From the NCBI RefSeq assembly GCF_024256425.1, contig NC_071110.1, positions 2,316,274 to 2,380,273 on the forward strand: a stretch of 64,000 nt of DNA, given 5' to 3'. Positions 50,268 through 63,900 of the stretch are shown piece by piece. The notes beneath the pieces are model-generated. The model was not told the origin of the DNA and did not search any database. It saw only the letters and a program-made list of their open reading frames with translations. Source of the stretch: Clarias gariepinus. Lineage: Eukaryota. Both the position numbers and the translations under genes were made by a program. How positions within the stretch are numbered: the stretch's first letter is position 1; each line of letters opens with the position of its first letter.

Positions 50268-52432
50268 CTGAAAAATTAAAATGTCCACAGGCTAGATATT
50301 AATCACAAGTTTATAATAAAGTGCCTTACAATTTATTCAAGTTTCTTAAAAGTCACTACATTCATCTGGATTACAAATTATAGATGTAATGCTCTTACAT
50401 TTTAATTTTTAACTTTTTCCATCAAAATGTATTATTTTTAAGCAAAACCTGAAAAATGCTGTTTGCATAAATATTCAAGTTTTTCAGCCTAGTACAGTAT
50501 ATATATATATTATTTGCAGCTTTAACAGCTTTAGATCTGCTGCGGTAAGATAGCATGATGGTTTTTTTACCACCACATTTTATTTTAGTGATGCTGATGT
50601 TTGTCACGTCTTTGGTTCTTTTTAAACAATTGTTCCTCGACTCGCTCACATTAGTATCTGTCATGTTTTTGCTCTGAGTTTTAAGGCATAGTCTTTTCTA
50701 GGTAGTGCTTGGGTGGTGTGGTGCAGCTTTAACTTCTTCACAGCTCACAGCACTTACTAAGATGCCCAGCCTCTTAGATTAAATTCAGTTTAATTCAATT
50801 CAATTTAATTTGTATGTATAGTGCTTTAAACAGTGATCTTTGTTGCAAAGCAACTTTACCGAAATGTGTATGAAATGTGAGAAAATGTGTATAAGTCAAA
50901 ATGATCAGATAGTCCCTGATGAGAAAGCTGAGGTTGATGGTGGCAAGGAAAAACTCTCTGAGATAGCAACAGTTTTGTGCAGTGGCTGTAAATACGGTTC
51001 ATCATGATACACTGCTTGTTTAGGCAAGTTTTGGCGCTGTGATTAGGTTTCCATCTTTCCGCACGTCGGTCCTCGCATAGCGGGGTTTGTAGGATGCCTT
51101 TCACACACACACACACACACATACACTAACTAACGGTTTGGGAATGACTGCTGTCTGGCTAACGGATTACATAAATTGTCTGAATAACGGATTACATTTT
51201 TTTTTAAATAACAAAAAAACTGAGTACTTAAATGGCGGACCTAAAGGGTTACTAGTTACATCAAAAAAGTAATTCAAGTACTCTAATGTGTTACTTTGTA
51301 ACGCGTTACACTCAACACTGGGTAGGACCCACTTATAAAGCAGGTCACACTTTAGAATTAATATTATCCTTAAAATTAATTATAGGAAATATAACCATGA
51401 ATCCACAGTCTGAAGCTATCTCAGATCATTTCTTGTCTCAATTAAAGTGTGTCACAGTAATAATGTTCGCACAGCACTGCACTACCACATTAAACGTACA
51501 AGCAGGCACTCCGGTAGGACTAACTATGACATTATAACTAAAAGGGAGAGCCAGAAGGAAACACAGACATGAGGGCTCCCTGAGATGTAAAGCAAACAAT
51601 CACCTCGCCGTCAGCAAACCTGAGTGATCAATGAGAGTGAGGAGGACAGCATCTAAACATACCAGTTCACCATAATACTCTACGTCCATGAGTCCCCCAG
51701 ATCTGCTCCTTTACCTATGGCAAATCTATTTATAAAAATGCTAGGCTAAATAAATAGGTTTTTAGCCCTGACTTAAACACTGAGACTGTGTCTGAGTCCC
51801 GAACACTATTTGGAAGACTATTCCATAACTTTGGGGTTTGGAAAAGAAAAAGCTCCGCCCCCAGCTGTAGTTTTCATAATATGCGGTACTGACAAGCAGC
51901 CTGCATCCTCTGATCGAAGTAGGCGTGGCGGATCGTAAGACACTAGCACTACTACCACTGGGTGCCAATGCAGTGTGGATAAGATAGGGATGATGTGCTC
52001 ATATCTTCTGGTTCTAGTGAGGACTCTCGCTGATGCATTCTGGACTAACTGAAGCTAGTTTATGCACCTAGTTAAATCAGCTGTAAGGCATTACAATAGT
52101 CCAACCTAGAGGTGATAAAAGGATAAGATAATTTTTTTCTGCATCGTTTAGTCACAATATATTTCTTATTTTGGCCATATTTCTGAGATCAGATAATGCT
52201 ATCCTGGTAATATTATCTACATGACCGTCAAATTACAGATTAGAATCTATAATCACACCGAGGTCTTATACTGTTGGACTTGATGGAACAGAAAAGCCAT
52301 CCAGAGTTACTGTGTAACCAAAAAGTGTAATTCAAAAAGTTATTCTTTGCTTGCCCGTTAGACCTAATCAGAAAAGTTTGTAATATAAATAAATCATTAT
52401 GATATGTTTTTTTTTTTTGGTGGTGGGGGTCA

Positions 52433-52495
<63 letters not shown>

Positions 52496-52773
52496 ATTTT
52501 ACACCTACACTTCAGAAAATCTTCTCTTTGTTTTGGTTCTGAGGGTAAACCCTTTTGAACTACTGCAGCTGTGGAGACACAAAGACAAAACTTAGACAAA
52601 TGTAATATGTTTAGAGCCCCATCAAAAATACTGACAGAAACTGTCCTATCAGCAAATCCAAAAATGTTAAAACATGTAAATAACTTTCACTTTCTGCAAG
52701 AATGAAAGTATCAAAAAGCAGGATTATAGCTGCTATAAATAGGTTAAATCTAAGTTAAAGTCATCTTCATCTA

Positions 52774-53290
52774 TATAGAAAATAAATCGTCACTATTGTC
52801 TACATTTAATTCTGGCTCACATGAATTTATAGTTGAGTAATAATAACACATCCTGAACCCAGCGTATAGAGGCTGAGTGAATGTGGTGTGGACACTGTGG
52901 AGGAGACTCATCGTGTCAGAAGGACAGAGTTCCTCCACATACACTCCTATTCTGGACGGTGATGGACCTTGGAGTTTTATTTCAGTGTTGTCAGGCCATA
53001 AACAAACAGAAGTAGGATAACACTGCAGATTCCAGGAATGACTGTTGCATCCAAACACACACTCGTCACTCTCTCCTTTCTTGCTGATCTCTTTATATGA
53101 GACTGATACGTCCACACCCATACCCTTACACTCTACCTCCCAGTAACAGCGTCCACACACACTCTCTCGACACAACACCTGAAGCTAATCTTTCTGGATG
53201 CTGACTGTATTGTTGTGCTTCCTTACCGCGTGTCACTGCTCCGCTCCTCTCAGACAGAATGAGCTGATCATGTGCTGTGTTGAAATCTGA
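52774..53290 (-). pseudogene. Degraded B30.2 pseudo-exon lying in what is otherwise the last intron of gene D. It has multiple deletions, including a 21-nt loss of RYLTLDP, a frameshifting deletion of about 8 nt near HPERFDS, and a loss of about 30 nt in the VDHSAGTLSFY region.
   Basis: It aligns with 49705-50267 with clear gaps. It is bracketed by the (TG)n-containing intron segment (52430-52600) and gene D exon 4. Confidence 0.6.
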
Positions 53291-53661
53291 AACAGAACCT
53301 GTAATAACTTTACTGTGATAACTTTAAACACATAACAAAATGTGTGTTTTTACTTTCTGCTAGACTTAATATATTAAAAAGCAGGATTATAGCTGCTGTC
53401 TAGATGAGTTCAGTTCATCATTCTTTACTTTTGGATTTCTTCTATTTAACTTGACATCCATTCTTTAGCATATTTACAACATTTATTTTGTGAGATTCAG
53501 TGAAATCAGTTTCTGGATTTGATGGTTTAAGGTTATGGATTTGATACAAAGTTAATATTCATCTATGATTGTTAATGTAGTCTTGTTCCTGCCTACGTTT
53601 TAAACCTGCTTCTTAATTTCTTCTTTAATTTGATTCCAAATAAATGTTTTTAGCACATTAC

Positions 53662-53785
53662 CGCATTTATTAATTTTGTTGAACTCCACCTCAAAGATTT
53701 CCTCAACTTGTGTTCTAAGATTTGAAAGAGATTGCTGCACTCCATCAAATGAGAATTTTTTATTGACGAAGAAGCGGTGTGAGTC
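53662..53785 (-). CDS. finTRIM-like gene D, exon 4 (124 nt).
   Basis: The acceptor gtgag|GAC is the only upstream AG here; the alternative acccag seen in the other copies is mutated to acaccg. The donor is TGCG|gtaatg. Confidence 0.6.
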
Positions 53786-54009
53786 CTCACATCCAGGAGA
53801 AACACAGAGAGACGGGAAACTCTACAGAGAGGAAACACATCATAGAGAAGGAGAAAAGTGTAGGAGAGGAACGAATGAATCTCAGACTGAATCAGACCAA
53901 AGACACACTTGTGATCTCAGACAGGAACATTTATTGTTGCTGTAATGAGCTTTTAGGAGGAAACTTTGTGAGGAACAGCGCCCTCTGTAGATCAGACAGT
54001 GAGTGTTAC

Positions 54010-54243
54010 CTGGAGGAAGTGGATGTGATCGTGTGTGTGTGAAAGCGGCTTCATCTCAGTGACTCTCCTCTTTAGATCAGCAATCTCCTGCTCCAGTTGC
54101 TTCAGGAGTCGTTCAGCTCGACTCAGTTTAGCTTTCTCCTGATCTCTGATCTTCTTTGTCACCTCCGAGCGCTTTTTCTCCATAAGGCTGATCAGCTCAG
54201 TAAAGATCCTCTCATTGTCATCTACTGCTGCCTGTGAATGCAT
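54010..54243 (-). CDS. finTRIM-like gene D, exon 3 (234 nt). It encodes MHSQAAVDDNERIFTELISLMEKKRSEVTKKIRDQEKAKLSRAERLLKQLEQEIADLKRRVTEMKPLSHTHDHIHFLQ.
   Basis: It corresponds to the ORF at 53992-54243 and has the same splice junctions as the other copies. Confidence 0.75.
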
Positions 54244-54251
54244 CTGTTAGG

Positions 54252-54310
<59 letters not shown>

Positions 54311-54457
54311 AAAATTAGAGACTCAAAATAATAAGATGGAAACAGTGAGATTGTTTAGGTTTAATAGGTTTTCAGACAAAAGCTTTGTTGGCATGATTTT
54401 AAAGTCACAGGAAAAGCAAGAAGAGCAGTGTGTTTTTCTATGAATTGATTCTCTTAC

Positions 54458-54553
54458 CTTTATGAAGTCCATGGATCGTTTCGGGTCCTGCACACTTTCT
54501 CTTTTCTTCTTTATCCTCCGCTCAAATTCCCTTTGCTTTTTCTCCAGCTCTTT
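54458..54553 (-). CDS. finTRIM-like gene D, exon 2 (96 nt). It encodes KELEKKQREFERRIKKKRESVQDPKRSMDFIK.
   Basis: It is homologous to gene C exon 2 and the frame is intact. Confidence 0.7.
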
Positions 54554-55411
54554 CTAAAAGTAAATAAAATAATTTTAATTATTTCAGTATCAGACTATCA
54601 ATATTATCAGCAAATAAAAAAAGGATCCACTCATGTTCTAGATGACTTTAAATGTGATTACCTGTTAAAGTTTCACCTAAAGCTCTCTACAGTATGTGTA
54701 CTGTGCAAAAGTCTTATGCCACCCATCTCACCCACTGACTCATCATCTATATCGCTTTATCCTGTATTCAGGGTTGCGGGGGGCCTGGAGTCTATCCCAG
54801 GAGATTTGGGGCACGAGGCGGGGTACAACCTGGACAGGGTGCCAATCCATCGCAGGGCACACACACCTACACACACACTCATTTACACACTATGGCCAAT
54901 TTTGAGATGGACAATTGGCCTAACCTACATGTCTTTAAACTTTGGGAGAAAACCGGAGGACCTGGAGGAAACCCACCAAGCACGGGGAGAACATGCAAAC
55001 TCCATGCACACAGAGACTGTAATCGAACCTAGCCGGGAAAGCCACCCATCTATTCATATTAAATGTAATTAAACAAATGTAGACTAAATTAAAGAAATGG
55101 GAACAAATTTTTTACTGTGACAGACTGCAAAGTGCCCACAGTATATACAATATACAGTGGAACCTTGGATTATGAACATAATTCGTTCCAGAAGCAGACT
55201 CGTATTTTAAAACACTTGTAAACCAAAGCAAATCCTCCATGCAAAATAATTGAAATCCAATTTATTCGTTCCACAGCCCAAAAAAATAAATACATAAAAA
55301 TAATAAATACAAAATATAAAGTAAAAATAAAACAAATTAACCTGCACGTTACCTTAAAAAAAAAGTACAAATAAATCCAGACAGATAAGTTTCCGTTTAT
55401 GTGCGCAGGTG

Positions 55412-55454
<43 letters not shown>

Positions 55455-56845
55455 GCTAATGCAAGAGGAGAAGGAGGAATCAGACCCTACCCTCTCCCTC
55501 TTCTTGTCTTACATAGTAACCCTTCTTCCTCTCTTCTTCCTCACACACACACACACACACACACATTAACGCAAGGACTTTTTTATCGGGAAAATTTACA
55601 AGGAACATCGCTAATGACACTCGCATGAGCACATACTAATGGAATCACTGCTGTAAAGTAAAAAACAAACAAACAAATTAACCTCGCACTTTACCTTTAA
55701 AAAGAATCGTGACAGAGCAGTGTTTCTGTGTAGAGCAGAGAGTGTGTATGTGTGTGTAAAGGGGCACGGTGTCCAATGACACGCAGACACACAAAGTGCA
55801 AGCTGATACAGAGAGAGAAAATAGATCTTTAGCTTTCTTTTGCTTTCTTTTACACACGTGTGGTATAAGTAAAAGTACACACACGATGTACACACGCGCA
55901 TACAAACACAAAACAAAATATGTTTTACACGCACACACGTGGTCACAGTGTTATAGTAAACAGTAAACAGAGTAAGAGACACGCTCTAAGACCGAGCAGG
56001 GGAGACGATTACCCACAATTCCTCAGCGCAAGAGAGAGAAAAACTGTTGGCTCTGTTGTGATCACGTGACGCTCGGCATCAAAACAAGAAGCGCATGCGT
56101 GATACATGATACTCAGTACTTGTAAATCAAGACTTGTTCGTTTTCCAAGTCAAAATTTATTAAAAATCTTTGCTCATCTTGCAGAACACTTGCAAACCAT
56201 GTTACTTACAATGCGTGAGTCCACTGTACATATATTGTAACTAGTTTTGGTTTTGTTTGAATGTGTTGTCTGGGGAAAATAACAATGTTACTACTTTTAT
56301 AATACATTACATTAAAATAGACCAGAATTATTCATTGTACTGAAACGCAACATGAATTCAATTGCATTCAGGTGAAAAATCTCTTCTCTTTTACCTACAT
56401 GAGTTACAAAACAAATGATATTTGTAAGAAAGACCACACCCAAAGCTGAGTTTTTATCTAAACATATCTAAAACTTATCTAAAAATGAATCTCCATGTTT
56501 CTTTCTCTACCACTCAGAAAGTTTCGACATGACTCAGCTTTGCACCAACCACATCAATCACAAACCGTTATGTTCATACTATACATTTTCCCAACTGTTT
56601 TTTAAGTTTAATTTACATGTATTAGAGCAACAATTCAGTTTCAAATGAAAAGGCAAATATTATACCCAAGCAGCACAGCAATAAAACTAATTAAAGTACA
56701 CTGACTGCTCTGACCTGTTTTATACTTTCTGACCAACAAACCTCTTCTAACAAAAATTCCCCTTACAGTGAGTGACTAAAAAAGGAACTACTATATTATT
56801 TGTATATACTTACTTTAAAAAAGTATAATGACTTTAAGTTCTCAC

Positions 56846-57445
56846 CTCTTTTTCAGTTCTTTCTACTTCTGCTAAAACTGTATCATGATCTTTATGTTTA
56901 TCCATTGTACATGAAAAGCAGATGAAGCTTTGGTCAGTACGACAGTAGATCTCAATCAGTTTGTCGTGCTGAGAGCAGATCTTCTCTTGGAGATCTGCAC
57001 AGGCTTCCACTAACTTGTGCTTCTTAAAGGCAGGAGACTGATAGTGAGGTTTAACATGATCTTCACAATAGGAGGCCAGACACACCAGACAGGACTTGAC
57101 GGCTTTGCGTTTTCTCCCGGTGCAGAAATCACACTCCACATCTCCAGGTCCAGCGTAGCAGTGAGCAGGAGAAGCAGGCTGGAGTTCAGTCTTTTTCAGT
57201 TTCTCCACCACTTCAGCCAGAATGTTGTTCCTATGTAGAACAGGCCTTGGGGTAAAAGTCTCTCTACACTGAGGACAGCTGTAGACACCCTTCACATCCT
57301 CCTGATCCCAGCAGCCATTAATACACACCTTACAGAAACTGTGACCACAGGAAATAGTCACTGGTTCTGTCAGGACATCCAGACACACTGGACAAATGAA
57401 GTGATCCACTGACAGCTTATCTACTAAAAGAGATCCCTCTGCCAT
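56846..57445 (-). CDS. finTRIM-like gene D, exon 1 (RING plus two B-boxes). It begins MAEGSLLVDKLSVDHFICPVCLDVLTEPVTISCGHSFCKVCINGCWDQEDVKGVYSCPQCRETF...
   Basis: The 203-aa ORF at 56834-57445 has the donor GAAAAAGAG|gtgagaac. The ISRE GAAATCGAAACT lies at 57508-57519 on the sense strand. Confidence 0.85.
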
Positions 57446-59319
57446 TTTTCTACACTACCACACTGAGAGAAAGAGTGTCTGTTTGAAGGTACACATAGAG
57501 ATTGCTGAGTTTCGATTTCTTCCACCGGAAGAAAATTTGTGGTTTAACTGACTAACTGAAAATATGTTTAAAAATATGTGGGGAATTACCCTGTACCCTG
57601 AGTAGAATCTTTTATTGATTTTAAAATGGATTAGTTTACAAATAATGCATATATAAATGTGTTTTTATATAATTGTTGCAATTTAAAATAATTTAGAGCA
57701 CACAATGATTATGACAATGATGCAGTTAGCAACACAGATTGTAATAAAAGCTTTTAAAAAATCTGACTCTAAGAAACTTTATAATGATGTAAGAGTTGTG
57801 AAGCAGTGCCATGAGGGGACAAATTAACAAAACTAAACTAAATGCAAAAAAAGGGAAAGAGCCGGATTAGACTTTTAAAGACTCATATGATATATAACCA
57901 GTTTCCTTCGTTAATTGACTTTTAAAACAAGAAAGTAACTTGAGGCATAAAAGCATTTAAGGATCTCCGAGTTGCTCAGTGGTAAAGTGCTCGCCCTATT
58001 ATCCAGAGATCTGTAACCTCTCGCAGCCGGAGGTCTAGAGAGAGCTAATGATGGATCAGAGGTACTACATGCTCCCATATTAATCACAGCTCTACAGACA
58101 ATTAGGGGCGTCTGTGAGCTCACGCAAGCAGAATGAACGGATAATGCTGTCCTCTGAGTGTGTTATGAAAACCCCTGGGGTTTAGTGGATGAGGCATAAT
58201 TGCAGAGGTTAAGATTTTGATAAACACAAACAAATAAAATAAAATAAAAAAAACAGCTGGACAAAGCAGAAGAAAACAGCACAAAACATAGAATAGCAAA
58301 CCTGGTAGAAAAACAGTCCAGTTATGTTACTATGACGCAGAAGCTCAGAAGCATGTATCGAGCAGAAAGGGGCATGTCCAAATAAAGTCTAGTTTCGAGG
58401 TGCATTTTGGGAAACAAAATCCAAAACGTAAACTATGCCTGCATTCCATTTTGAAGTGTACTTCATAGTGTGCTCCCTACTCACTGCTTCATTTGCAGGA
58501 AATGTCAGTAAAGGAAACTTCTCTCAACAAAACTCCACCATTCGGAACACCCTGCGAAGTCACTTTAGTTCTGTGCAGACGTGCAGACGCCACTTTCTCC
58601 ATGTGTCACCATGGTAACATAAGCACCTCGGATACCTGTTGCTGCTGCTCTGGAAATTTCACACTACAGACATTAAATGTTGTATATTTATTGAAAGAAA
58701 AACTGATACCATTATTAAACATACTATTGTATTAAACATACTACAACGTGTATACCTTGGGAATAAATTATTGATTAATAATAAAAATTTATTAAAGATG
58801 TACAAAGATTTTTTTTTCTCATAGATTACTTGTCCATATAACATTAAGGATTTTTTTTATTAATTTAAAATTTAAATTGTTTTGTCCTTTTAATATGATG
58901 TTGTCCTCTGTAATAATTATTTTTATTTGTATAGCACTTTTAACAATTGTCATTGTTGCAAAGCAGATTATGATAATACATATATAAATATCCTTTTTTG
59001 AGCTCCATTTTTTTTCACGCTCCATGACATATGGTACATTTTTCATTCCCTTTTCCGGTGAAGTGAAGACCTGGTGTTCACTTGTTCCCTACACCGTTCG
59101 CAGTTCTGTTTAAACTGAAAATTTTCACTTCTTGCAGTTTGATATCACACTTAACATGGCTAAACACCCTGTGAAGTATACTTCGCAGAGTACTTCAGGC
59201 TGATTGGAATGCACCTTAAGTCTCATGATGCAAGGTGCCCTCTAGGGGTCATTCCTGACACACAAACTGGGTTGGATTATTATGAAGAAATAAACAACTT
59301 TAATGCTTTGTCAAATTCA

Positions 59320-60530
59320 AATTTTATTTTTCACATACACAGTCATACACAGTACGATATGCAGTGAAATTCTTATATGATCGCCTGTGACCTTATAAAT
59401 AAAAGATTATTAATAGTAAATAAATGCGAATAAAAAAGAAATACAGTAGAAAATAAATTTAGCTAGGATAAGAATAATATATCTATAGAAGCCGAAAATA
59501 TACAATATAAGAAAAATATAAGAAAACTTTAAGAAAAGCTGTACAAATATGGAAAAATTTTAGTGTAAATAAAATAAAAATGACAGGGCGGTGGTCAAAT
59601 ATGCATGAAGGTGTCTTATTTAAAGTGACTTGTGTGCAATAAGAATAAAGAATAAGTAAATAGAAATATGTCAATGTGCAGGTGTGCAGTGTCCGTAAGT
59701 GTCCATGAATGTCCAGAACGAGTGCAAAGGGACAATGTCATAATTATGCATGTTAAAAATGGTTTTGTCCTGTGTGGTGTACTGATTGAGAGACCATATC
59801 GCCTGCGAGAAGAAGCTCCTCCTCAGTCTCTCTGTGTTTGTCTTCAGGGAGCGGAATTGCTTTTCTGACCACAACAGAGAGGACAGTCCATTGCTGGGGT
59901 GGTGGAGGTCCTTCACGATCTTCCTGGCCTTGGTCCAGCACCGTTTGCTGTAAATTGAAAGCAGGTCAGGGAACTCGGTGTGGATGATGCATTCAGCTGA
60001 TCGCACCACCCTTTGTAGAGCACATCTGTCTGAACTAGGTCATGATGTTTCCCGTCATGATGCTCTCTATGGTGCAGGAGTAGAAATTCCTGAGCACCCT
60101 GGAGGGCAGTCTGAAGTCTCTCAAGTGCCTGAGGTAGTAAAGACGCCGTTGGGCCTTTTCAGCACGGTGTTCAGTTGACAGGACCATGACAGGTCCTGCG
60201 TGAAGTAAACACAGAGGTATCTGAAGCTGTCCACTCTCTCCACTGGGCTCCTGTTGATAATGGGGGTCTGGTAGCTTCTCTCCTGCTTTGTACTAAAGTC
60301 TACCATCAGCTTCTTTGTCTTGTCATCCGTACTGCTTGTGGACTGCTAGTTAGGAAATTGAAGATCCACTGACACAGGGATGAGCTGAGTCCCAGGTGCT
60401 CCAGCTTGGTGAGTGTGGAGGGAATTATGGCATTAAATGCTGAGCTGTAGTCGACAAAGAGCATTTTGACATAATTACCCCTTCTAGTGTCCAATGCAAC
60501 CACGGGGGGCGCAATCCAGTGTCTTCTTGT
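59320..60530 (-). mobile_element. L2-like LINE 3' fragment (RT C-terminal part plus 3' UTR). It is a third copy of the family seen at 22175.
   Basis: The ORFs at 59671-60009, 60121-60306 and 60306-60503 read ..RYLCVYFTQDLSWSC.. and ..[11 protein letters not shown]... The same 3' terminal sequence is present at 59320-59400. Confidence 0.75.
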
Positions 60531-60539
60531 GCCAGTCCT

Positions 60540-63500
60540 AAGTCTGGATAAATGCAGAGGGTTGTGTCAGGAAGGGCATCCGACGTGAAACATTTGCCAA
60601 ATCAATGATGCGAATCAAGAATATAATTCCCATACCGGATCGGTCGTGGCCCGGGTTAACAACGACCGCCACTGGTGCTGTTGACCTACAGGCTGCTGGT
60701 GGAAATTGGGCTACTGTTGGTCGAAGAAGGAGAGGAGGAAGGCGTGTTCGTAAGCAGAGAGAGAAGAGGAAAGGCAAGAGTTTAGGAGTGATGGTAGGGA
60801 CTTTGAATGTTGGGACCATGACAGGGAAGGGAAGAGAGTTAGTTGATATGATGCAGAGAAGAAAGGTGGATATACTGTGTGTACAGGAGACCAGGTGGAA
60901 AGGTAGCAAGGCTAGAAGCTTAGGATCAGGGTTCAAATTGTTTTACCATGGTGTGGATAGGAAAAGAAATGGAGTAGGAGTTATCCTAAAAGAGGAGTTT
61001 GTAAGGAATGTTCTAGAGGTGAAGAGAGTATCAGATAGGGTGATGAGTCTGAAGCTGGAAATTGAAGGGATAATGTTCAATGTTGTTAGTGGTTATGCCC
61101 ACAGGTAGGATGTGAGTTAAAAGAGAAGGAGAAATTCTGGAGTGAGTTAGATGAAGTGATGCAGAGCATCCCCAGAGGTGAAAGAGTGGTGATTGGTGCA
61201 GACTTCAATGGACATGTTGGGGAAGGGAACAGAGGTGATGAAAATGTGATGGGCAGGTTTGGTCTTCAGGACAGAAATGCAGAAGGACAGATGGTGGTGG
61301 ACTTTGCAAAGAGGATGGAAATGGCAGTGGTAAATACTTTTTTCCAGAAGAGGCAGGAACATAGGGTGACATATAAGAGTGGAGGCAGAAGCACTCAGGT
61401 CGACTACATCTTGTGTCGACGTTGTAACCTGAAAGAGATCAGTGACTGCAAAGTGTTGGTAGGGGAGAGTGTAGCCAGACAACACAGAATGGTGGTGTGT
61501 AAAATAACCCTGGTGGTGAGGAAGGCAAAGAGGACAAAGGCAGAGCAGAGGACAAAGTGGTGGAAGCTGAGAAAGGAAGAATGTTGTGAAGTCTTTAGGG
61601 AGGAGTTGAGACAGGCTATGGATGGTCAGGAGGTGCTTTCAGTTGACTGGACAACTACAGCCAATGTGATCAGGGAGACAGGTAGGAGGGTACTTGGTGT
61701 ATCATCAGGTAAGGGGAAAGTGGACAAGGAGACTTGGTGGTGGAATGAGGAAGTCCAGGAGTGTATACAGGGAAAGAGGCTAGCTAAGAAGAAGTGGGAC
61801 TCTGAGAGGACTGAAGAGAGTAGACAGGAGTACAGGGAGATGCAGAGTAAGACGAAGGTAGAGGTGGCAAAGGCCAAACAAAGAGCATATGAGGACTTGT
61901 ATGCAGACAGTAAGGAGGGAGAGGGCGATCTGTACAGGTTGGCAAGGCAGAGAGATACAGATGGGAAGGATGTGCAGCAGGTTAGAGTGATTAAAGATAG
62001 AGATGGAAATGTACTGACAGATGCCAGAAGGGTGATGGGAAGATGGAAGGAGTACTTTAAGGAGTTGATGAATGAGGAAAACGAAAGAGAACAAAGAGTA
62101 GAAGAGGTGACTGTTGTCGAACAGGAAGTAGCAAATATTGGTAGAAGTGAGGTGAGAAGGGCGTTGAAGAGGATGAAGAGTGGAAAGGCTGTTGGTCCTG
62201 ATGACATACGTACCTGTGGAGGTATGGAAGTGCTTAGGAGAGGTGGCAGTAGAGTTTTTGACAAGTTTGTTTAACAAGATCTTGGAGAGTGAAAGGATTC
62301 CAGAGGAATGGAGGAGAAGTGTATTGGTGCCAATTTTTAAGAACAAGGGAGATGTGCAAAGCTGTGGCAATTATAGAGGTATAAAGCTAATGAGCCAGAC
62401 AATGAAGCTGTGGGAAAGAGTAGTGGAAGCTAGGTTAAGGGCAGAGGTAAGCATTTGTGAGCAGCAATATGGTTTTATGCCTAGAAAGAGTACATCAGAT
62501 GCAGTATTTGCTTTGAGGATGCTGGCGAAGAAGTACAGAGAAGGTAACACGGAGTTGCATTGTGTCTTTTTAGATTTAGAGAAAGCGTATGACAGGGTGC
62601 CAAGAGAGGAGCTGTGGTATTGTATGAGGAAGTCTGGAGTGGCAGAGAAGTATGTTAGAGTGGTGCAGGACATGTATGAGAGCTGTAAGACAGTGGTAAG
62701 ATGTGCTGTAGGTGTGACAGAAGAGTTTAAGATGGAGGTGGGTCTGCATCAAGGATCGGCTCTAAGCCCCTTTTTGTTTGCTCTGGTGATGGACAGGATG
62801 ACAGATGAGGTAAGACAGGAGTCCCCATGGACTAGGATGTTTGCAGATGACATTGTGCTCTGTAGCGAGAGCAGGGAACAGGTGGAGAAAAATTTGGAGA
62901 GGTGGAGGTATGCTCTGGAAAGCAAAGGAATGAAGGTTAGCCGCAGCAAGACGGAATACATGTGTGTAAATGAGAGGGACCCAGGAGGATCGGTGAGGCT
63001 ACAGGGAGCAGAGGTAAAGAAGGTGCAGGATTTTAAGTACTTAGGGTCAACGGTCCAGAGCAACGGAGAGTGTTCAAAGGAGGTGAAGAGGCGGGTACAG
63101 GCAGGTTGGAATGGGTGGAGAAAAGTGTCAGGTGTGTTGTGCGATAAAAGAGTATCAGCGAGAATGAAAGGAAAGGTGTACAGGACAGTGGTGAGACCAG
63201 CGATGCTCTACGGCTTAGAGACAGTGGCGTTGAAGAAAAGACAGGAGGCAGAGTTGGAGGTAGCAGAGCTGAAGATGTTGAGGTTCTCTTTGGGAGTGAC
63301 AAGGATGGATAGGATTAAGAATGAGTTTATCAGAGGGACAACCCACGTTAGATGTTTTGGAGATAAAGTCAGAGAGGCCAGATTGAGGTGGTTTGGACAT
63401 GTTCAGAGGAGAGATTGTGAATATATCGGTAGAAGGATGCTAAGGTTGGAACTGCCAGGCAGAAGGCCTAGAGGAAGACCAAAGAGGAGATTTATGGATG

Positions 63501-63620
63501 CAGTGAGAGAGGACATGAAGTTAGTTGGTGTGAGAGAAGAGGATGCAGAGGATAGGGTTAGATGGAGGCAGATGATTCGCTGTGGCGACCCCTGAAAGGG
63601 AACAGCCGAAAGACAAAGAA
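60540..63620 (+). mobile_element. Non-LTR retrotransposon (RTE/Rex3-like or I-like). The APE endonuclease plus RT are split into three overlapping ORFs by frameshifts.
   Basis: The endonuclease reads ..VDILCVQETRWKG.. (60605-61108) and ..GADFNGHVG.. (61156-62274). The RT reads ..YGFMPRKSTSDAVFALRMLAEKYRE..LHCVFLDLEKAYDRVPRE..FADDIVL.. (62180-63595). Confidence 0.85.
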
Positions 63621-63900
63621 GATATGCAGTATATATGCGCATTTATCCTCACCTATATGAGGATATATGCACATTTTTCCTCACCTATATGAGGATATAT
63701 GCGCATATATGAAGCCTATATGCAGTATATGTGCATATATATAATAATATATATGCTGCATATAGGCAAAATTGAGGCGCATTTATGTGCATATACAGGC
63801 CATATAGGTCTCCTGTATTGCTTTTTTATATCCACATATAAGCCCTATACAGTATGTACATACAAGATATGTCTCCTATATAGCTCATGGAAGGATCTGG
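63620..63900. repeat. Low-complexity tandem repeat (tatatgaggatatatgcacatttttcctcacc units and ATATGC-rich) immediately 3' of the LINE.
   Basis: Direct reading. Confidence 0.8.

Noticed and set aside
54533-55072. A 179-aa plus-strand ORF
   Set aside because: It runs through a DANA-like SINE copy and AT-rich intron 1 of gene D. There is no domain signature.
61626-62370. Two long minus-strand ORFs (212 and 196 aa)
   Set aside because: They are antisense to the LINE endonuclease/RT ORFs and are Ser/Leu/Thr low-complexity. They are a typical antisense artefact.
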